A stretch of DNA of 64,000 nucleotides from positions 20,003 through 84,002 of the forward strand of contig JAPLSQ010000082.1 in NCBI GenBank assembly GCA_026398535.1. The letters are read 5' to 3'. Position 1 is the stretch's first letter, and the number at the start of each line of letters is the position of its first letter. Source of the stretch: Candidatus Sumerlaeota bacterium (lineage in GTDB: Bacteria > Sumerlaeota > Sumerlaeia > Sumerlaeales > Sumerlaeaceae). The notes under the pieces are model-generated. The model saw only the letters and a list, made by a program, of their open reading frames with translations. It did not search any database and was not told the DNA's origin. This document shows positions 27,367 to 37,366 of this stretch, piece after piece. A program made the translations under genes and the position numbers.

Positions 27367-28515
27367 TTATATTTCTGTTTCCGCTTGAGGATTGCCGATG
27401 ATGTCTGGCGGGACCAGCCCGGCGTAGCGCGCGAACCTGCTCTCCGGCAAGAGCGCCAGCAGGCGTTGCGCAACCGCCCGGATCCGCGCCGGCGAATCCG
27501 GGACATTCAACGGCAGTTCCGGCAGGGCTTTACCCAGCGCCCGCGCCAGGTGCGTCACGCCAAAGTAGTTCTGCCGGAGATTGTCTGTCATGAGCGCCCC
27601 AAGAAAGACGGGAACGCCGTCGTCGCGCGTCTGAAGGCGGTCATAGTTCTCCAGCGGCCGCGCGTCATCGGTGTGATGCGCGCTGTCCGGCGCTGGCAGG
27701 AGTTCTTCCAGTTCCCGCCGCGTATTGATGGCGCAGACCAGAGTCCGGGGTTGCGGATTCCGCAAGACGAAGCGCAGCGCGCGCGTGGCAATATCCTTCA
27801 CCGGCTCAAAGCCGAACAGTTCGGCGAAACGCGGCAGCCGGTTCACCGCGCAGAATGGCACACCGTATTCCGCCCAGACCAGGCATTTCATGGCAATCAG
27901 CGCGGCTTTGCCCTCATAATCACTGAAGTGCTGCTCCAATTGGCGGTTACGGAAATTGTAGGGGATCATGATGACCCGGAATTCCGGAAAGCGGCCGGCA
28001 ACTTCCCGTGCCAGCCGGACATCATGGCTTGAAAATCCTAAAAGGCGGAAGTCGCCTGCCTGCCGGCGCTTTTCCAGCAGGTTCACAAGACGTTCGCACA
28101 GCGCCGGATCGTACTGTTCTTCGACGGCGTTGACCATGAACGTGTCGAACCGGGCGCCGGGCATGATTTTTAACCGCGCGTCCAGCCAGCGGTTGAAGTA
28201 CTCCTCCACGCTCACCCCATGGGTTTTCGAGCCGGAAAAGGCGCCGAGTACCATGCCGTTCACCCAGACTCGGTCCCGCAGTCCCGTCGCCTTCAGGATT
28301 TCGGCCAGCACCGCCGCCTCATTGCGCCATGTGGTGTCGAACCATGTGACTCCGGCGGCCAGGGCGCGTTCGATCAAAGGCGCCCTCGCTTTCACGGCCG
28401 TGTCCGTCAAGGCATATCGATCCTCAAAAGCTCCCTCCTCCATGGCAAAATAATGGCCGCCGATTCCGATCCGCGACACGGGAGGAGTGCCATCCATCAA
28501 TTCATATGTCTTCAT
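27367..28515 (-). CDS. Aldo/keto reductase family oxidoreductase
   Basis: N-terminal …GIGGHYF…LAAGVTWFDTT… (AKR-like GxGxW / FDTA pattern), ~380 aa, TIM-barrel-like length. Confidence 0.5.
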   Translation of the reverse strand: MKTYELMDGTPPVSRIGIGGHYFAMEEGAFEDRYALTDTAVKARAPLIERALAAGVTWFDTTWRNEAAVLAEILKATGLRDRVWVNGMVLGAFSGSKTHGVSVEEYFNRWLDARLKIMPGARFDTFMVNAVEEQYDPALCERLVNLLEKRRQAGDFRLLGFSSHDVRLAREVAGRFPEFRVIMIPYNFRNRQLEQHFSDYEGKAALIAMKCLVWAEYGVPFCAVNRLPRFAELFGFEPVKDIATRALRFVLRNPQPRTLVCAINTRRELEELLPAPDSAHHTDDARPLENYDRLQTRDDGVPVFLGALMTDNLRQNYFGVTHLARALGKALPELPLNVPDSPARIRAVAQRLLALLPESRFARYAGLVPPDIIGNPQAETEI

Positions 28516-28946
28516 GGTAAGCCAACGTTACGCATCAGCCTCGAGGCTGCCGCCTTGGCAACCGGGCTGGTTGAATGCGCTTGTTCGTGGGTACAGATCG
28601 TCGTCGTCTGAGCTTGATTAATGGCCGTTTTTTACCTCTTGCGGGTGTCAGTTGTCAACCGGAATAGCAAAATGGTCTTCACCTTTGGGTGTGGCGGGGA
28701 TCGCTTGGCGGAGTTCGACGCCCCGCTGTCGGGTGGAGACGGCGGAGCGCAGGGCGCGCCGGCCAACAGCGGCTCATCAGTTCAGCCTGAGATCGCTTGT
28801 GAGGATGCCGATCAGATTTCAGAGAGATTTTGCCGAACGCGTGAGATGCGCCCGCGAATTCGGGTGTGTGTTGGAATTGTCTTGCGCCTTGAGCGTTCAG
28901 CAGCGATTAAAAACAAGATTCAATCAATTCCATGAGGTGGTTTTAA

Positions 28947-29765
28947 ATCTCAGGATGGAGAAGGTACGCGTAGGTGTCGTGGGAGTTGGCCATTTGGGCC
29001 AGCATCACGCGCGAATCTACGCTAAAAATCCAAAATGCGAGCTTGTGTGTGTCGTGGACATCGACGCGCATCATGCCCGGAAGATTGCCAAACAGTATAA
29101 AACCCGCTCGATGACGGATTACCGGGAGCTGTTTGGTCTTGTTGATGCGTGCAGTATTGCCGTTCCTACGGTCAGTCCTCAAGGAAGTTGTCAAGGAACC
29201 CGCCTTCATCGAGGGTCACCGTCTGGGGCCATACGATCCGCGCGTGAAGGATGTGGGCGTGGTGCTCGACCTGATGATTCATGACCTTGACATCATTCTC
29301 CAACTCGTGAATTCGCCCGTCGCCAGCGTCGAAGCCGCGGGTGTCGGCATCTATACCGACAAGGAAGACATCGCGAACGCCCGCATCCATTTCGCCAACG
29401 GCTGCATCGCCAATCTTACGGCCAGCCGCGTGACACCGGTAAAAAAACGCAAAATCCGGATTTTCCAAAAGGATGCCTATATATCCGTGGATTATATTGA
29501 GCAGGAGATGGAGATTTTCCGCAAAGTGAAGCTCCCCAACGCGCTGCCGGGGATGCCCAATGTGTCAATTGTGCGCAAAAAGGAGCGCATTGAGCGCGAA
29601 GAGCCCCTGAAACTTGAACTCGACCACTTCATCGATTGCGTAGTTCACGGCTCGGAGCCCATGGTGAAGGGCGAGCATGCGCGGGATGCGCTTGAACTGG
29701 CCGTCGAAATTTCCGGCCAGATCAAGACGCGTCTTGAACGACTTTCAATGGGATCGGGGAAATGA
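28947..29765 (+). pseudogene. Gfo/Idh/MocA-family NAD-dependent oxidoreductase, apparently disrupted (frameshift plus loss of the EKP-containing segment)
   Basis: N-terminal Rossmann part MEKVRVGVVGVGHLGQHHARIYAKNPKCELVCVVDIDAHHARKIAKQY…AVPTVS lies in one frame (ends at 29284). The C-terminal dimerisation domain (…GHRLGPYDPRVKDVGVVLDLMIHDLDIILQL…) is in another frame (29133-29765). Only ~13 codons link them where ~80 aa are expected. Confidence 0.5.
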
Positions 29766-30952
29766 ATCGGGCGGGCATCTCATCAATCATGATGCCGGAA
29801 TCGTCCGCCAAATTGATGTTTGTTGCAGGGGAGAATTCCGGCGATCAGCATGCCGCCCGCCTCATTGAAGAATTGCAGCGCCTCGAACCGCGGATCGAGT
29901 GCTTTGGTTATGGCGGCGAAAGCATGGAAAAGGCCGGGATGCGCCTTGATGAGAACCTTGCGCAGAAACTCCCGATCATTGGCTTCACCCAGGCATTTCG
30001 AAATCTTGGCGAGCTTAAAAAACTGCTCGTTCGTGCGGTGAAACTGCTCGACCACGAAAAGCCCGACGCGGTGGTTCTTGTGGATTATCCCGGGTTCAAT
30101 CTGCGTGTGGCGGCGGCCGCGAAGGCGCGCAATATTCCGGTCATCTATTACATATCGCCGCAAATCTGGGCCTGGCATCGCGAGCGGCTGAACACGATTG
30201 CGGCTTGTGTGACGCGCATGCTGGTCATTCTGCCTTTTGAAGAGGATATTTACCGCAAGGCGGGTGTTCCGGTGACTTATGTGGGGCATCCGCTGCTTGA
30301 TCAGGCCGGGTCAGGTTTGAAGCCGCGCAAGGTCATTATTGAAGAGCTGGAGATCGGCCCTGACAAGACCATCATCGGTCTGCTTCCCGGCAGCCGCGAA
30401 CCGGAAATCGTGCGTCATCTGCCGGTCATGCTTGAGGCGGCGCGGTTGATTCTGGCGCGCTGGCCCGCCGCGGAGTTTGTTCTGCCGCGGGCTTCCACGA
30501 TTTCCCGAAAACTCATCTGGAAATATCTCCCGCAGTTCCCGGATGTGAAGGTTCGCGTTGCGGAGAAGGATCATCAGGCCGTGCGCGCGGCGATGGACTT
30601 CGCCATATGCAAAAGCGGGACGTCGACGCTTGAGCTTGCGCTGCTGGGTGTGCCGATGATCGTGATCTACAAAGTGTCGCTTCCGACTTATCTGCTTGGC
30701 AGGATGCTTGTGCGGATCAAATGGCTTGGCCTGGTTAATATTGTGGCCAATGAATCGGTGGCGCCCGAACTGATTCAGAGCGACGCGACTCCCGGCAAAA
30801 TCAGCAAAAGCGTTCTGAAATATCTTCGCAATCCCGCGGCAATGTCGGCCATGAAGGAAAAGCTTGGCCGCATTCGCGCCATGATGGGTTTGCCCGGGGC
30901 TTCCCGCCGCGCCGCGCGGGAAATCATGGGCATTCTGCATCCGCCCGCCTGA
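29762..30952 (+). CDS. lpxB: Lipid-A-disaccharide synthase
   Basis: …LMFVAGENSGDQHAARLIEEL…, …GHPLLD…, GT-B fold length ~390 aa. The true start may be the internal Met at ~29792. Confidence 0.85.
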   Translation: MNRAGISSIMMPESSAKLMFVAGENSGDQHAARLIEELQRLEPRIECFGYGGESMEKAGMRLDENLAQKLPIIGFTQAFRNLGELKKLLVRAVKLLDHEKPDAVVLVDYPGFNLRVAAAAKARNIPVIYYISPQIWAWHRERLNTIAACVTRMLVILPFEEDIYRKAGVPVTYVGHPLLDQAGSGLKPRKVIIEELEIGPDKTIIGLLPGSREPEIVRHLPVMLEAARLILARWPAAEFVLPRASTISRKLIWKYLPQFPDVKVRVAEKDHQAVRAAMDFAICKSGTSTLELALLGVPMIVIYKVSLPTYLLGRMLVRIKWLGLVNIVANESVAPELIQSDATPGKISKSVLKYLRNPAAMSAMKEKLGRIRAMMGLPGASRRAAREIMGILHPPA

Positions 30953-31353
30953 ATTCAGCGCATCAGACGCAGTCATTGCCAAAAAGCGCATGCCCCCGAT
31001 ATCCTGCTCAAGTTGCACGAGCGCTTCGGGCATCCGGTTCCCGGCGCGTTGCATGACACACGGCAAATATCCGCGTGGCTGCTTCCGTCAGGATCTGACC
31101 CGGTTAGGCTTCCGCTCGTTGCCCTGAACGCGCCAGGAACCCGACGCCCTAAGTTCTGATGAAGTTACTCGTCTTGAATGAGGGCTATTCAGGGGGAAAC
31201 GATCCGTATCACCAGGATCCCGCCGCGGCGGGCGCGGGGTGTTGACGTTTGATGAAATGTGGTTGGACATCATGCTCATTCTTTTTCTTTGCCTGAAGAC
31301 GGTCTCACATGACTTCATCAAGATGAGTCATTGAAAATGAGACTGTCTCCGTC

Positions 31354-32112
31354 ATGCGCGTAGTCGTTCTCGGATCGGGCACATCGGCAGGCGTGCCGAC
31401 GCTTGGCTGCGATTGTGACGTTTGCCGCTCGATCAATCCCCGTAACAAGCGTCTGCGGTCGAGCGTCTATATTGAGGAGGCCGGCCTGCGGATGCTTGTC
31501 GACTGCGGTCCGGATTTCCGCACCCAGGCGATCAACCATTCGATCAGGGATGTGGATTGCGTGCTGTTGACGCACACCCATGCCGACCACATCAATGGCA
31601 TTGATGACCTGCGCGCATACAACATGATGCGCAATCATCCCATTGATGTTTACGCCTTGCCCGAGGCGCTCGATGAGCTGCGGCGGCGGTTCGATTATTG
31701 TTTCCGCCCCCCGCCCTTGGGCAGCATGGTGCCGGATCTCATCCTCCACAAGCTGCGCGACAACGATGATATAAGGGGCGTTGGCGTGCAAACGATCCCA
31801 ATCATCCACGGAGAGATGGAGATCATCGGATTCAGGTTCGAAAAGTTTGCCTACCTGACGGATGTCAGCCGGATACCGGAGCTGTCCTATGCGATGCTTG
31901 AGGGCTTGGAGGTTCTCATGCTCAATGCGTTGCGCCGGCGTCCGCATCCGCTGCATATGAATCTGGAGCAAGCCGTGACATCCGCCCGGCGCATCGGGGC
32001 GCGCCGGACGTGGTTCACGCATATCTGCCATGACCTTGACCACGATCAAATCAACGCCCAACTGCCGGCGGAGATGCAACTTGCCCATGATGGGCTTGTT
32101 TTCGAGATTTGA
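31354..32112 (+). CDS. MBL-fold metallo-hydrolase (PhnP / cyclic-phosphodiesterase-like)
   Basis: …LTHTHADHINGIDDLR… HxHxDH motif, 252 aa. Confidence 0.7.
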   Translation: MRVVVLGSGTSAGVPTLGCDCDVCRSINPRNKRLRSSVYIEEAGLRMLVDCGPDFRTQAINHSIRDVDCVLLTHTHADHINGIDDLRAYNMMRNHPIDVYALPEALDELRRRFDYCFRPPPLGSMVPDLILHKLRDNDDIRGVGVQTIPIIHGEMEIIGFRFEKFAYLTDVSRIPELSYAMLEGLEVLMLNALRRRPHPLHMNLEQAVTSARRIGARRTWFTHICHDLDHDQINAQLPAEMQLAHDGLVFEI

Positions 32113-32165
32113 CGGCGGACTTCAGGCAACAGGCGGCGGCATGTTTCCGCTGTCTTTATGGACTC

Positions 32166-32609
32166 TCAGGCGCGCTCGACGTGCAGTTTGATTTTGCCAT
32201 CAACTTCCGCGTGAATGTGGATGATGATGTCATGAATGCCGAGGGTTTTGATGTGTTCGTGAAGATCGATCTGTTTTTTGTCGACATGGTAGCCTTGGCT
32301 GTTGAGCGCATCGGCGATGTCGTGCGCCGTGATTGATCCGAACAGGCGGTCGCTTTCGCCCGCTTTGGCCTTGATGGACACTGAGACCCCGTCAATTTTT
32401 TTAACCAGCTCCCTGGCTTCGGACAATTTTACGGCGGCGAGTTCAAGCTGCTTTTTCTTCATTTTGTCATAACGCTTCATGTTGGCCGGAGTGGCTGGAG
32501 CGGCAAGACTGTTCGGTTCCAGGTAATTGCGAAAATAGCCGTCGGCAACCTTCACCACGCCGCCCTGGCGGCCCAGGTTCTTCACGTCGTCGAACAAGAC
32601 AACTTCCAT
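32166..32609 (-). CDS. rplI: 50S ribosomal protein L9
   Basis: MEVVLFDDVKNLGRQGGVVKVADGYFRNYL… is the canonical L9 N-domain. Start chosen at MEVVL. Confidence 0.85.
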   Translation of the reverse strand: MEVVLFDDVKNLGRQGGVVKVADGYFRNYLEPNSLAAPATPANMKRYDKMKKKQLELAAVKLSEARELVKKIDGVSVSIKAKAGESDRLFGSITAHDIADALNSQGYHVDKKQIDLHEHIKTLGIHDIIIHIHAEVDGKIKLHVERA

Positions 32610-32767
32610 GCTCATGCTGTGATTCTCCTTGCTTATGGGGCGGGCGCCGCGCAAAATGCGGTCATTCCCGTATTTTCAAACCGGGTTTCTGATGCGCGCC
32701 CGGCTGATGCAATCATTTATGCTTGCCATGCATTGTATTCATAATTTCTTGTTGAGCCTCAATTGAT

Positions 32768-33808
32768 ATGAAACGCCGAGTCATTATTCGTCTGGTGTGG
32801 ATCCTCATCTTTGCGATCCTGGTTTACACTGTCTTCGTCATCTGGAGCGATTTCCGCCAGAACCTGAAAACGTTGCGCGATTTCACCTGGCGGCTGTATC
32901 CGCTCGTGCTGGCGGCCGTGCTGGTCAATTTTGTCGTGCGGGAGCTCAAGTGGGATTATTACCGGCGCGCGGGCGGAATCAATGTGCCGCGGCTGGGCAG
33001 CTTCCTGGTTTTCTTCAGCGGCTACTCGATGTGCATTTCCCCGGGGCGCGTGGGCGAGCTGATCAAACCGTTCATGTACAAGGAATACTTCGGCCAGAAA
33101 ATGAGCCGCACGGTTCCGCTGGTCTTTTGTGAGCGGGTGTCGGACCTGCTGGGGATGATCGTGCTGGCCGCTGTCACGTTGACCGCATATATGGCCGGAG
33201 TTCAGCACAAGGGCGGCGGATGGCTTTCACCGGGGATGATTTATGGGTTCCTTGTGTTCTCCGCGGTCTTCGTGGCCGCGATGATATGGCTCATCCGCCA
33301 AAAGTCCATCATGCACCATGTTGGCGGACTGCTTTCGTTATCAAGCCGCATCGAACGTTCCCTGCATCATATAAGAGCGCTCTATCACGCGACGCATCCG
33401 CTGCTTACAGTGAAAAACCTCGCCGTCACGACGGCAATGGCGTTCTTCTCGTGGGCCTTTGAATGTTGGGCGCTCATGATCATTCTTCATGGCGTTGGGG
33501 CGGATCAGATCACGTTCGGACAGGCGACATTTGTTTTTTGCATGGCCACCATTTTCGGCGGATTCCTGTTCTTTCTGCCGGGCGGTCTGGGAGGATTCGA
33601 GGCGACAATGACCATCATGCTCAGCCTGCTGGGCGTGCTGAAATTCCAAGCAGTGTCGGCAACCTTCCTCGTCCGCCTTTCAACACTGTTCTTCGGAGTG
33701 GCCATCGGGTTCCTTTTCATCCTGATCACGTCAGCTAAGTATCACAAGCCGATCAAGTGGGATGAATTCGATAAGGCCGAGACCGAAATCGAGCGCGAAT
33801 CGCCCTGA
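32768..33808 (+). CDS. Flippase-like / lysylphosphatidylglycerol-synthase TM-region family membrane protein (UPF0104)
   Basis: ~8 predicted TM helices, 346 aa; pattern resembles PF03706 (conserved charged residues in the first cytoplasmic loop, glycine-rich TM segments). Confidence 0.55.
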   Translation: MKRRVIIRLVWILIFAILVYTVFVIWSDFRQNLKTLRDFTWRLYPLVLAAVLVNFVVRELKWDYYRRAGGINVPRLGSFLVFFSGYSMCISPGRVGELIKPFMYKEYFGQKMSRTVPLVFCERVSDLLGMIVLAAVTLTAYMAGVQHKGGGWLSPGMIYGFLVFSAVFVAAMIWLIRQKSIMHHVGGLLSLSSRIERSLHHIRALYHATHPLLTVKNLAVTTAMAFFSWAFECWALMIILHGVGADQITFGQATFVFCMATIFGGFLFFLPGGLGGFEATMTIMLSLLGVLKFQAVSATFLVRLSTLFFGVAIGFLFILITSAKYHKPIKWDEFDKAETEIERESP

Positions 33809-33905
33809 GGGAGAAGTTGCTGACTGTGCGCCTGTCAGCCGCATTTTCACTTGCTTCAGATCTGTGACAGCGGAAGTATATGTTAAAGCGGGATTGACGG
33901 ATTCA

Positions 33906-35555
33906 TTATGGCGCAAACGTCATCTTTTGCACGGCTTTCTTTATCCTGTTGACGTGGCCGCGTCCGAGCCCCTTGACCTCGCATCCAAGTTCGAAGTAGG
34001 CGCGGATTCTTGCGTCGTCGAGTATGCCAAAACAGTCGATGATGGCGGCGGGCTTGCCGATTTTGGCGACGACATCCTCCGGATCGAGATCAAGGTACTG
34101 CTTGTGGCGCACGGCGAAAACAACGGCATCGGCGCCTTTGAGCGAGATGTCGATGTCATCAATGACGCGCAATTGCTTGAGTTTTTCCTGGTTGCGGAAA
34201 AAGCGCGCCCAACTGTAGCCGGGCGAGGGGTAGGTGTCCTGCGCCTCGAATTCCCACCAGTGGGTGACATACGGGTCGTGAACGCGCAATTCGGCGCCCA
34301 TTTCGGTCAGGCGCCGCACAATGATTTCCGAGCCGCTGTAGCGGGTGTCGCCGACGTCCTCGCGGTAGGATGCGCCGAGCAACAGCACTTCGGCGGCCGC
34401 GATGGAGCGGTCCATGTTGCGAAGAGCGTCGCGCGTCATCGAGGCCACGCGAAGCGCGCGCGTGTCGTTGATGTTGATCGCCTCGGGCGTGATGCGGAAG
34501 ATGTCGTCCTCCCAGCCAAGAATATGGCGGTAGGCCCACATGCCAAGCCCGCCGTCCTTGGGCAGGCAGTAGCCTCCGATGCCGGGGCCCGGGAAGATGA
34601 TGTTGCTGTGGGTGGGGCGCACCTTGATGGCATGAATGACTTTCATGAGGTCGACGCCGTTGCGTTCGGCGAAAACGCTCCACTCGTCCAGAAACGCAAG
34701 TATCGTGGCGCGGTAGCTGTTTTCGACGATTTTGGCTGTTTCCGACTCGATGGGGCGGTCGAGCACGGTCAGCGGGTAGTCCCGCGTGTTGAGCACCTCG
34801 TTCAGAAAGCGCGCGACGCGGCGCTTGGATTCGTCGTTGACGCCGCTGCACACGCGCCAGAAATCGCGGATACTGGCCACATAATTGCGTCCCGGCATAA
34901 CCCGCTCGTAGCTGTGCGCGAGCAGAGGATCGGACGTGATGCCGCGCTGTTCGAAGACCTTTTTCACGATCGGGTAAGCCACGTACTCCGTGGTGCCGGG
35001 CGCGACCGTCGTTTCAATAAGCACAAGGGCGCCAGGCGGGATGCGCTCGGCGATGGCGTAGATGGAGTTTTCAAGCGCGGCCATGTCGGCGCGGCCGGTG
35101 CGAAGATTGCCAAGCGATTCCTTCAGGTAGTCGCACTGCACATCGACGACCACAACGTCGGCCAGTTTGAGGGCGGCCTCATTGTATGTGGCAATGAGCG
35201 TTTTCTTTTCCATAACACACCGCCGGATCATGGAATCGACCTCGGGATCCTCCGCTTTGACGGGCGACATGCCGCGGTTGAGCAGTTGGATTTTCCAGTA
35301 ACTGCGCGTGCTGGGACGCTGCATGCCGATGACGAACTTGCCCGGTTTGCCTTCGGCATCGACGGAATCCGCGACGACGCCGGCCATGACGGCGCCCACA
35401 AATCCCACGCCCACGACAACAACAATCTCCCGGCCCATCGCGCGTTCACGCACCACGATTTCGCTCAGCCGGTCGTATTCAGCCGCGTAATCCTCCTTCG
35501 CGGGAATAGGAAATTTTTCACCATCCGGGCTGATGGAATATTGCTCGGTCATCAT
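33906..35555 (-). CDS. Nucleotide-sugar dehydrogenase (UDP-glucose/GDP-mannose dehydrogenase family, WecC/TviB-like), unusually long at 549 aa
   Basis: Rossmann VVVVGVGFVGAVMAGVVAD and the catalytic-Cys signature GPGIGGYCLPKD. There are ~100 extra residues relative to typical family members. Confidence 0.8.
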   Translation of the reverse strand: MMTEQYSISPDGEKFPIPAKEDYAAEYDRLSEIVVRERAMGREIVVVVGVGFVGAVMAGVVADSVDAEGKPGKFVIGMQRPSTRSYWKIQLLNRGMSPVKAEDPEVDSMIRRCVMEKKTLIATYNEAALKLADVVVVDVQCDYLKESLGNLRTGRADMAALENSIYAIAERIPPGALVLIETTVAPGTTEYVAYPIVKKVFEQRGITSDPLLAHSYERVMPGRNYVASIRDFWRVCSGVNDESKRRVARFLNEVLNTRDYPLTVLDRPIESETAKIVENSYRATILAFLDEWSVFAERNGVDLMKVIHAIKVRPTHSNIIFPGPGIGGYCLPKDGGLGMWAYRHILGWEDDIFRITPEAININDTRALRVASMTRDALRNMDRSIAAAEVLLLGASYREDVGDTRYSGSEIIVRRLTEMGAELRVHDPYVTHWWEFEAQDTYPSPGYSWARFFRNQEKLKQLRVIDDIDISLKGADAVVFAVRHKQYLDLDPEDVVAKIGKPAAIIDCFGILDDARIRAYFELGCEVKGLGRGHVNRIKKAVQKMTFAP

Positions 35556-35712
35556 AAAGCAGCTCCTTGATTTGATAAGCAGAATTTCTCTCAGATGTTG
35601 AGTTTATCATATGGATGGCGGTTTTGTGATCTCAAGCTAAAGCTTGCCCCCCGCAAGAAAACGCGAACAACAGTCATTGTGGCCCTGGAAAGACGATGTG
35701 CAGTGTTGGGCA

Positions 35713-36603
35713 TCACGCATTTGGGCTGGCGCTCGTGTTCTTGTCGGCGGCCTGTGACCGCTTGTCGAGAATCCTGTTAAGATGATGTTTCACCGCCACA
35801 TCGTTTTCGGTGGCGCGCCATGTTTCGAGGAACTGCCGGTTCGTCTCGACGTGGCGGCCCAGCGCGCCCACAATGTCGACGCGGTGTTCGGGGTTTTCCG
35901 CTTGTGTAAGGTCGGCGCGCAGGCGGGCATTCATGTCGTTCACGGTCTCCGGCGCCAGCAGCGGTGCGTTGGCGGCGCCTATGTCAAAAATCAGTGTGGC
36001 GGCGTTGGCGCGCTCACCCGGATCGGCTTTGGGGCTGGCAAACGCCGATTGAAGAAAGACCACGGCGCGCTGGTCGGGAATGTCGGCAAAAGCGTTCTGG
36101 ATGGCAATCCGTTCGGCCGGGGCGGCTGCTTGGTCCAATGCCGGACCGAAGGCTGACAGCATGTCGTCCAACATTTCATCGCGGCCTTCGCACATCATGA
36201 TGGCCTTCAGAACGCGCTCACGCTCATCGGGGTCGCTCTGTGACTGCAGAATGCGCAGCATTTCGCCCACCGCGCTGCTGTCGCCCCGCGCCACAAGCGT
36301 GTCCAACTGGCCGGTCAGAGCTTCCGTTGAGGCTTTCGTGCCGGCCGCCGCGCCATCGCGCGATGAGGCTCTGCGGCGCGGTTTCGACACGCGAGCCGTG
36401 GCGTCGGCCTGCTTTGCGGGCGGCCGCCGGAGCAGATCGATCCGGGAATCCCGCGCCGATTCCGCCGGCGGGCGCGCGCCATCATTAAAAATCCCGGCGC
36501 GCAACTGGCGGCGCAGGATGACGAGCGGCGTCGTCAGCACGATGATGACGACGACGGTTGCCGTTATAATGATTGCGCGAGACCGCATAACTCCATCTTT
36601 CAT
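35713..36603 (-). CDS. Hypothetical protein with a single N-terminal TM anchor
   Basis: MKDGVMRSRAIIITATVVVIIVLTTPLVIL… followed by a ~270-aa soluble region with no motif I recognise. Last gene of the large-secreted-protein/FKBP operon. Confidence 0.35.
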   Translation of the reverse strand: MKDGVMRSRAIIITATVVVIIVLTTPLVILRRQLRAGIFNDGARPPAESARDSRIDLLRRPPAKQADATARVSKPRRRASSRDGAAAGTKASTEALTGQLDTLVARGDSSAVGEMLRILQSQSDPDERERVLKAIMMCEGRDEMLDDMLSAFGPALDQAAAPAERIAIQNAFADIPDQRAVVFLQSAFASPKADPGERANAATLIFDIGAANAPLLAPETVNDMNARLRADLTQAENPEHRVDIVGALGRHVETNRQFLETWRATENDVAVKHHLNRILDKRSQAADKNTSASPNA

Positions 36604-36648
36604 GAACGTCCCGCAGCCGCAATCCCGCCGCCGCGGCACATCCGCGCT

Positions 36649-37251
36649 CTACTCGACGGAAAGCAATTCCACTTCAAAGATCACCGTCGCTTTGGGCGGA
36701 ACAACGCCCGGGACGCCCATCTTGCCATATCCTTGTTCCTGCGGAATCGTTAGTTTGCGCTTGCCGCCAACTTTCATGCCGATCAGGCCCTCTTCAAATC
36801 CCGGGATGACTTTGCTGCTGCCCAGTTTGATGATAAACGGGCGAACCGAGGGCCGGAGGCTGGAGCCGAATTCCCGGCCGTTTGTTAGCGTTCCTGTGTA
36901 ATGAACCGTGACGGTGGATCCTTTGGTTGCCGCCCTGCCGGTTCCCGCCGCTATCTCCTCGCACTTCGTTCCTGACGGCAGAGTGACGACACCGCTTGTG
37001 AGCGCGGCGCCGTTGGTTGTGACAGCGGTGTCCGATGTGCTGCCAACGCTGGCGGAAGCGGCGGTTGTCATATCGGCGCGGGTCATTGTGTTTCTTTCCG
37101 GCCGGTGTGCCTGGGCAACCGTTGCCGTCGTGGCGCGCATAAACAGGGCGCTCGTGGCATCAGCCGTTTGGTTGCCGGCCTCACACAACCGGGTCAGCGC
37201 CCCCGCAACCAGGACCGCCAACGCCGTTTTCGTGATGATGTTTGTGTGCAT
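36649..37251 (-). CDS. Secreted FKBP-type peptidyl-prolyl cis-trans isomerase
   Basis: Signal peptide MHTNIITKTALAVLVAGALT; C-terminal FKBP domain …GSTVTVHYTGTLTNGREFGSS…FIIKLGSSKVIPGFEEGLIGMKVGGKRKLTIPQEQGYG…. Confidence 0.8.
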   Translation of the reverse strand: MHTNIITKTALAVLVAGALTRLCEAGNQTADATSALFMRATTATVAQAHRPERNTMTRADMTTAASASVGSTSDTAVTTNGAALTSGVVTLPSGTKCEEIAAGTGRAATKGSTVTVHYTGTLTNGREFGSSLRPSVRPFIIKLGSSKVIPGFEEGLIGMKVGGKRKLTIPQEQGYGKMGVPGVVPPKATVIFEVELLSVE

Positions 37252-37366
37252 GTGTGTCTCCAAAGGCAAATTGTTTGGTTATGATCTCGGTGTCACACTT
37301 TCCAACAGGTATTGAAAGAACGGCCGCGCCCCCTCCCCGGGGGCGCGGCCCGCGGCCGTGCTCATG

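Noticed and set aside
30311-31066. 251-aa minus-strand ORF overlapping the 3' half of lpxB
   Set aside because: Antisense to a confidently identified lpxB, with Arg/His-rich off-frame composition.
30953-31353. 400-bp intergenic region after lpxB containing a 14-bp perfect palindrome (CCCGCCGCGGCGGG) and a TTGACG -35-like box
   Set aside because: It could contain the promoter or operator of the downstream MBL gene or a small RNA, but nothing is diagnostic without expression or covariation data.
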